DNA of 57,647 nt, the filler included, from Basidiobolus ranarum (Eukaryota), in assembly GCA_040143965.1 (NCBI GenBank). It is 6 parts of 6 records of this genome, joined end to end, with 100 filler letters (N's around TTAATTAATTAA, not from the genome) between each part and the next. Parts side by side here need not be neighbours in the genome. Positions count along the whole stretch, not along the records: positions 48,140 to 57,647 come from JASJQH010000816.1; 5 more parts are not named here. One strand, written 5' to 3'. The position numbers and the translations under genes were made by a program. How positions within the stretch are numbered: position 1 is the stretch's first letter; every line of letters begins with the position of its first letter. The notes beneath the pieces were generated by a model. The model did not search any database. It saw only the letters and a program-made list of their open reading frames with translations, and was not told the DNA's origin. This document shows positions 48,780 to 57,647 of this stretch, piece after piece.

Positions 48780-51180
48780 CTTCTAGGTGACTTAGATGGA
48801 GGCTAGCGCTAGAAGAGAATAGAGAACTGATTTCTCTAAAAATGGGGTGCGTAGCAAGGGAAAGAGCAGTGTGAGAGAAGGGTGAACCGAGATTTTATAT
48901 AACCACCTTTGAACATAATTGTTTCACATGGAGTAAGAGAGTTTACACCATTAGTACAGTACGTTTGACTTGCTCCTATCTCCAGACGATGTGAATCATT
49001 GGATGATTTTGGAGAGCTTCCCCAAATCATGGAAGATCTCATTTCGATGATATTCGAGTAGTTCTCCAAGTCCTTTGATACATTTCTCTGCTTAGATTCC
49101 TTCACCTTGCAACCTAACACATATGAAACAAGTTACATTGATTGGTTTTAAACGTATCCCTCCCACCTTTACCCATGACTGGAAGATTCATCAGAATGTT
49201 CGAAACCATCAACACTCATTATAAAACCTAGCATGGGCCTAGTATTGTATGAACCGTGATTGAGCGACAAGGTTTCATCAGCAGCATTTCATCTCTGGAA
49301 AAACACATGCTTCAGGGGTGAATCACTGCACATCCTTTAGTATTGAAGCAGTGAGTTTCACAATAGATTATACAATACTCTACTATAAAAGTTCTCTTCA
49401 ATGAATAGCACTTCTCTGTATAAACCTCCATGGTATATCTTTGTGTGTACCAAGTTACGAGAACATGTCTGAATGGACCGAATATTCAAACGAATGTAAA
49501 GGAACTTTCCGGGACTATTTAAAAAGTTCTTTATAAGCCGTACTTTTAAATGGCTCTACTATCGAAGATTTTGGTCATTTTTTGAGTCAAACGTTAGTTC
49601 ATACATGAGAGTAGCTATCCTTTGTTCAACCTTTTTCTTTTCTCTCACAAATTGTACATCCTTGGTGAATTCATGAAGAGTTTATGAATGATTCTCGATA
49701 TGACTCCAAAGCGTGACTTAGTGAAATGTTGATGTTTCTGATGAAGGAATGTTTCCTACTTAAAAAGTATCAAGCTCAGTTCTATGGTGAAGGTCGATCC
49801 TTCACTTGTAGCTATCATTTCTATAGTTACGATATTTTGCTGGATTGCTTTTTGGGAGGAGAAATATGGATATGCCAGCAATTGGTAACTCTCTTCCACC
49901 AATTATATCTCTACTGAGTAGATAGTGCAACTTGATTACTATTCTTTGATTCAATACATCTCCTGACGTTCTTCCATACGATACATATATTGAGTATGTT
50001 TGTCTATAACCCCATATTAAGTATAGAGAAGAACTACCGCTCACATCCTGTGTCTGGTCCACAACATTGACACTTCAGATCATCTCCAAGCTCATAAATA
50101 GAGACGAGACCTCCGGCGCATGAAAATACCATTATCTGTGTTAGTGGTGCTTGGTTCTTCGTTGTAGAGAACTCCCTGCTTTATGGCAGTATTTGGATAT
50201 TCTAGGATTCAATATAGGAAAGAACTAGTCAATTTCTCTAAGATCTGGATGCCATTTACTCGCTACTCAATCCTGATGGGGGTATTGAACAAGTTATAAA
50301 CCCCAATAAGCTTCTATGAAAGTTTAGGGAAACCACTCAAGGTCTAGCAAATGATAAACACAGCAATGCCATCCTTCAAAATTTTCACCAAGTAACCGAC
50401 TAGTCAAGACAGCTTAAAGCTACTTCTTTTATGTTAGTTGGAGATATTAGCACTGTCTGTTCCATTATTCGTAATAAACAACATTACTAGGTTTATCAGC
50501 AAAGTGAAATATGCTTACTTATTAACTATCAGACCACGGTAGCAATATTCAAGAAACCCAATATCATGATTCTTACTCAGAGTATGCATAAATTACTACT
50601 AAAAGAGAACTAACTTCTTGGCCAAAGCTCATTAAAAGATATTTATAGAGATTGTTCCTGGTCGAACATTTCATTATACCAAGTACCCTCTTGGATTTAC
50701 TATAAACTAATAGAGTAATACAATTATTGTTTCGTTTATATCTTTCGAGTAGACACTTTGTAGTACCTTTAACCTCATGATTTATTGGATCATCTTCAAT
50801 AGAGCAAGTGATTAAACGCAGTCATATAGTCACATATTTACCGCTATATAGCTGGTATTGTATCCATCCAAAATGCTGCCAAATTTGACATGCAATTTCT
50901 AATCCCTTTGGTTTGTCCCATATTACAACCTTGAACACGATCGAAACCAGCCTTTCATTGACATGTTACAGGCTTAGGGAAAATAGATCACAATGACCTA
51001 ATGTTGATGTTTATTATGCCAAAAGGAACTATCTATATGAATGCAAGCTGATCTATAGGTTGTGAATGGTGATTTCGAAGCTCGATGAACTCGATCAGTA
51101 GAAAAGGCAGGTAACAAGGTATCAATACGGAATAAATAGATCCAAATGGAAATAAGGATTACTTTGGAAGTATTTAGTGA

Positions 51181-52289
<1,109 letters not shown>

Positions 52290-54032
52290 AGTCCAGGAAT
52301 TCTCTTTTGTGACCGGAAAAGAAGCAGAAGAAAGTATAGTTAGCAAAGGGAAGATAAAAACTCCAACAGGAGTTCGTGTCCAATGAAAACCAAAGGGAAT
52401 TATTCACTTCTAAACCATACCTTTTATGAATGAGTGAATTCGTTGCAGTATCAAGCTTGAACACTTCAGTTGAGGTGCATATATAAATTTTGCTACACAG
52501 TTTCTACAAATTTGAAAAAAATCAACATTAACCGAATATCTGCCGAAATTGTGGCTTTGATCAAATCGGACAGATCGAGGTATTTGAACTAAAAATTCAA
52601 TGGAAGAATTCATTCCATCGATGATTTTGTACAGTAATATGGATAATTTTCTCCATTAATGGCCAGATTAAAATATCTGCAAAATAAAGTGACTACCCCA
52701 TCCCCCACAAAACAGATATTGGGTCAACTAAGGATTTTTCGGGAAATGTGGTTTGTATTCTGACATGTTGGTCTCTCGCTAATCGTCATGTTACTATTAT
52801 TGGAAAGTGATCGGATTCTCTTTATTTTCTTAGAGTTTAATTATCAGTGTGATCTCTACTTTCCTTAACTTGTGAGGGCATATGTTATTCATTTCTTCGA
52901 ACTCAATGTAACGGCAAAGTTCATTAGTAGTGACCGTGACCGTCATTGTTTGCATGGGGATACACTTCATATTAAATCTGCTTCTAATCATCCTTAGTTC
53001 TGTAACATAGTTAAGCTTGTAGTCGGTCAAAGTTTGAGTTTAATTCAATTGTTGCATGCTTGCGATAGGTGTATTAGTTAGGGATACAACTCTTCAATGA
53101 ATATGCTAAGCTTTAGTGACGATGGTTTAAACCTTACAAGTACTGTTTGGAAGTTGTAGATATCACTGGAAAAATGTATTTTTGTGGTTGATTCTGACCG
53201 CACATCTACCTCTGGCCGAATTGTTACCCTCTTAAGAGGTTCTGGCTTCTTTGGCCGTTAATTATTATGCCTCGTTGAGGATTACTTCTCAGCCTGATGA
53301 AGATACCAAGGGCCTTTTGAAACCTATGAGAGATTTCAACACTATTATTCTATTGAAGTTTAATTTACATTATGGTATATGTATACTGTACAACATTGTT
53401 GAGAAAGATTAAGAGACCCAAAAATTGTTAAAAGGTTGCGGGCAAACTTTGTATCTTAGGTTTTTTAGGTTTCTGTCATCACCAAGATTTAGTGAAGAGA
53501 AGGCAATAGGTAGGAATGATGTCAACAACACCACGCTATCGGTGATGATAACCAATCGTCTCTTATCCATATATATGAAAGTGATTTAATTTGCTTCCTC
53601 GCAGCATACTCGCTCAGCATGAATAATTTCATCTATCAACAACTAACATTCCATTATTCTTAAGTAGGTGCGCTCAACATCTCGTAAGCTTTTGAATCAC
53701 GGTTAATGTGATAATGGCAGAATGGGGATTCTTTCAAATTTCAATGAAATAAGGAAAGCGCTAACAGGTTATTAAAGTGAACTTTATTTCATTAAATATA
53801 CACTTGAATGAGCCACTTAAACCACGAATTCCACTCGAAATAAAGTTCAACGGCGACGTTAAATGTCATTTGTATTACTCTGTGCTGAGACAGCTAATAG
53901 GTCCTACATAATCCACATATTGTATAAATACGAACTTCGAAGTACTCACCTTGCTACCAGTGAAATTATCTACAGTAAGATAGTGATGGCTTGTAATCGA
54001 CAGGATACAACAATTAAGCGGATTATTATTGA

Positions 54033-55275
54033 TTAAATATCCAAAATCCATTTCAGCCTCTCATACGTGTAGAATGAGACGGCAAATAAAGGTGTAACCT
54101 TCAAGTAGCCTATAGATAGACCTACGAAGAATCCCCGGAAACCTTTGCTTCGGTAGATTTCCTTGACCACCTCTTTAGCACTAGCCCTGTTATTTTCTGG
54201 GTTAATAGCTCCTCGGACTTGCACTCGTCGTCGAGTGACTTCAATCGGATAAGAGACCGTTTGAGCCACAGCACCGGCAATACCGCCACTAATGAGCTCC
54301 GGAATGGCTTTTAAACGGGGCTTTCTATCGGACTCGGGATTTCCCAGGGTTTGAAGAGGGAAGTGTTTTCGAATTAGGTCTTGCATTAACGAGTGTGTCC
54401 AAAATGAGACTCCAGCATATGGAATGACTCCCAAAATAGTAAGAGTAAACCCACGGTAGAGGTTTCCGAGATTAATTTTACCCTTAGCATTGGATTTCCC
54501 TTCTCCAAGTATATGTTTGAACGTTTCATAAACACCAGGTCCTTTACCATTATGCGGAACTTCATACGCCATACGAACACGAATCAACTCCAAAGGGTAA
54601 GTACAAAATACCGAAGATATTCCAGCCAGTGATCCAGCTATGAAATGTTTTCCAGGTGTTTCACCAGCCTTACTATGGACGATCAACTACGAAGAAGATT
54701 GAGAGTGAGTTACAGTTTCTTGGTATATGTCGCAAAAGGACATCCCCTACATTTTTAAACTGTTCATAAGCTACAAATTTGATGGCCGCGTAGGGAAATA
54801 TTCTCAATAATGTGGCCATATGACCCTGAAATAATCCACGCATCCCAGCTCCTTGATAAATATCCTTACCGGCAAGAAAAATTCCCCAAAATGTCCCTAC
54901 AAAATAGTCAATGGAATTATCAACAAGGTGTCCCTTTTTGGAGGGGCTTTTTAAAGCTTCAAATACCCGAATATTTTTCAAAGTGTGGATTACTGGACTG
55001 AAATAAGATCTTCACTCGATCCATGGGTGCTACCACAGTTTTGGCTATAAGTAATAAAGAACATTAGAGGGAAATCTTGGACCACAGTTGACTGACTAAA
55101 ATCAAGTACCCGCACAACCAGCTATACCGCCAGCAATAAACGTACGCACAATGTAATTCAAACTCTTCTTATCTTGCTTTGTTTTAACAGGTTGCTGAAG
55201 CTTGGTGAGCGGTGCCGTAAGAATTTGGGAGGAAGGAAGTTGAGTAGTGGTGACTTGTGAAGCAGGTGTATTCAT
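54033..55275 (-). CDS. LEU5: Mitochondrial carrier, coenzyme A transporter (LEU5/SLC25A16-like); multi-exon
   Basis: [86 protein letters not shown]. Confidence 0.92.
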
Positions 55276-57094
55276 GTTGGCTGTTTGGTACGAATGCAAA
55301 GAAATGGAGAGTATACAGTGGTGGTAAGGTCCAAGTACGTGACAAATAAGGAGAAGAAAAGAAGAAACAATATGGGCTTCTGTCGTAAGTTCCTAACAGG
55401 ATTGCAAGTGTTTAAAACTTACAAGAAAATAGAAAGGCAGAGTTGATAGAGGGCCAATCCACACCGTATCACTAAGCTTGTTGAAATAATAACAGAGTCA
55501 ATATTTGGAGCAGTTGGACTGGAAAAGGAATTATATACGTCAAATTTGTCAGTAGTGAGTAAAAAGGAAAAAAACCACGAATGTAGCACCAAGTACTCAT
55601 ATGATATTTAAATTCGGTCAATCTCGTTTCTCCATTCTTCAAGGTCACCCTGACCACACCAATATTTGAACATCATCCATTATACGTTTGAAGCGGGGTA
55701 TTATCATGTTTAGGGTGTCATCGTGTGAAATGACTTGGTTGACCAATTTCTGACGACTGATACGATCACCTCGTAATTTTCCCACGGCCTCGATTCCTAC
55801 CAACTTGATGATCGTAATGGTTCTCTCCTGCAGTGTTGACGAAGCCGTCAGTACTTTCAGAGATTGATGATAGCTCACACGGTTGCTTGATCCTATAAAT
55901 CCTGTCGGCTTCACACCTCCTGGTACATGGTCTCGGAGATAGTGAGTTTCTCTGAATCCCGCTGCTATAAACTAGCGCAACAGAAGAACCGAAGCAAGAG
56001 TGGTTCCTCATTTTCCCTATGTTATCACCTCTATCACATGTGATTTGTCTGACCAACAGGTTTCTTATGGGAAGTAGAACATGAACATGCTATGGGCATG
56101 CACTGCAAATCTAGATACTTAAGCCTGAGTTATGCCGCAGTGAATATCTGGCTTATTGCGTAGTCCTTATTTCCTATCATGGGACATTGCCAGCCTGCAA
56201 GATTCATGTCACTTGAGGCCTTGAACACTCCGAGCCAGGGTCGTAACCTCCTGGGACGCGTGTTACTCCAATTCTCCTGTATTAATGTCACTCGTCTCTC
56301 ACCACTCTAGCATAATCGGAGGTCAATTGGCCGCAAAGGACGGTCTCAAATTGCTAAGAACATGGCAATGATGGTGCTAGCTACAATCAGAGGATGGAAA
56401 GTAGGGATATTTTGGGCCAGATGCCAAATCCGTTGCAGTCCAATACAGTCAGATGTCACCATCTGAACTACATTGGATGAACGGTCACGAAGTCATTGGA
56501 TTACTTGGATTTCTACTTTCTGCCAGTCAGAAGAAGTTTCCTTGATGAAAATCCAATCGCTTATGGATGGATGTTGTGGACGATCTTTCTGAATCAATTA
56601 AAACCCACTTATTCGCCATTGTAATTCTGCACAATATCTACTGAAACTGCTCAAATCGGAAGAAGGCTCATCTGCGATACCCTTAAGAGATACTAAAGAT
56701 GGCTGCTAAGATGTACAAGGGCCTGAATAAGACAAGGGTATTGAGTTGGTCAGATATGTATTGATCATTAATACTGTAACTATTTGGGTTGTACCGCAAG
56801 AACTTATGCAAAACTCATGTACCTGAACCAGTAATATACTCGACATAATTTTAAGATGTTGCAGCAGCATTGATGTTTTTTTGTATTTGAGCAATTGATT
56901 CCATGGACCAAGTATCAAGTTTAGTATATCAAAATGAAAATTTTCCTGAAAGGAAAAGAACTTTGCGATTCTATTGCAGGAAGAGAAAACCATGCAGAGC
57001 TGTCTGAAACTAATGTTTTACTCCAGATTTAAAAATAACAACGTGCCGTTAATACAATTTGTTTTAATGTTAAAGACACATTACTAATTCAATA

Positions 57095-57345
57095 TTCATC
57101 AGACAAAACTACCAATAAGGTTTTGAAACCTTGGAAGACATCATATTCTGCCACAAACAAGGTATTTCTAAGAAAACAATTCCTTAACTTAAAAATGAAG
57201 CCTGGAGAAGACATAAAGTCACTAATTAATAGAGTTATTATTTTAGCTGATGAAATGAACTAGAATGGAGTACCTACTGTTGATCAGGATATCATAGTTT
57301 CAGTCCAGAATAGCATGCCAGAAAGGTTCAGAGCCTAGCAAGGGC
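57095..57345 (+). mobile_element. Degenerate Ty1/copia gag (UBN2-like) remnant
   Basis: NKVFLRKQFLNLKMKPGEDIKSLINRVIILADEMN*NGVPTVDQDIIVSVQNSMPERFRA* matches the copia gag pattern and contains stops. Confidence 0.75.
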
Positions 57346-57363
57346 TCTAGATTCAATTGCTCT

Positions 57364-57647
57364 AATTAGCATTGCCTAAGCTCCATCATAGTCACATATA
57401 GCTTAGTACTTAGTTATCTTATATTTAACTAAGCTATTACCCATTATTTGTTGAAATTAGCATTGCCTAAACACCTATATAGTCATATATAGCTTATAGT
57501 ACTTAGTTATCTTATAATTCACTAAGATATTATCAATTATTCTCATAAGGAATTTACTTAGAATATTGACACCAACTTAGAAGTTCTCAGATATATAGAT
57601 TTTGATAACTTGTGCTAGAAGCCCCAAACTTTGCACACATGTTCCTG
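57364..57647 (-). mobile_element. Two nested or abutting reverse-oriented LTR copies (57364-57448 diverged; 57449-57647 cut by the window end)
   Basis: aattagcattgcctaa...gtcacatatagcttagtacttagttatc is followed at 57449 by tgttgaaattagcattgcctaaacacctatatagtcatatatagc..., the reverse complement of the LTR family. Confidence 0.85.

Noticed and set aside
50170..50400. Possible DIRS-like RT relic (YLDILGFNI)
   Set aside because: Single short motif among stops; could be chance.

Overview
Eukaryotic, fungal DNA with short GT-AG introns and CTAAC/CTAAT branch sites. It looks like an early-diverging fungus; Zoopagomycota such as Basidiobolus is a guess, not shown. The window is not one locus. It is six contigs of decreasing length (9544, 9530, 9526, 9522, 9517, 9508 bp) joined by five artificial 100-bp N44-TTAATTAATTAA-N44 linkers, so gene neighbourhoods only mean something within a contig. 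Contig 1: intronless bacterial-type secreted M13 peptidase, a solo LTR, and head-to-head malate dehydrogenase paralogues, one with a PTS1-like tail. Contig 2: NCS6/CTU1, an AVT2-like amino-acid transporter, pogo-like remnants with a periodic 12-bp motif, and an uncharacterised membrane-anchored coiled-coil protein. Contig 3: a 5' part of coatomer alpha with an in-frame TGA, MSH4 with about 29 introns, the 3' part of SEC1, and a mitochondrial nad5 fragment. Contig 4: a 7TM-like protein, a plant-type secreted L-gulonolactone-oxidase-like gene sharing a divergent promoter with an atypical Cys-rich bZIP, and a broken bacterial-type solute-binding-protein gene. Contig 5: GPI-type chitin deacetylase, LTRs, and a DET1-like phosphatase. 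Contig 6: a secreted repeat protein, COQ5, LEU5, and copia gag and LTR remnants. I saw no rRNA, tRNA or CRISPR array. All family calls come from recognised motifs; no searches were run.
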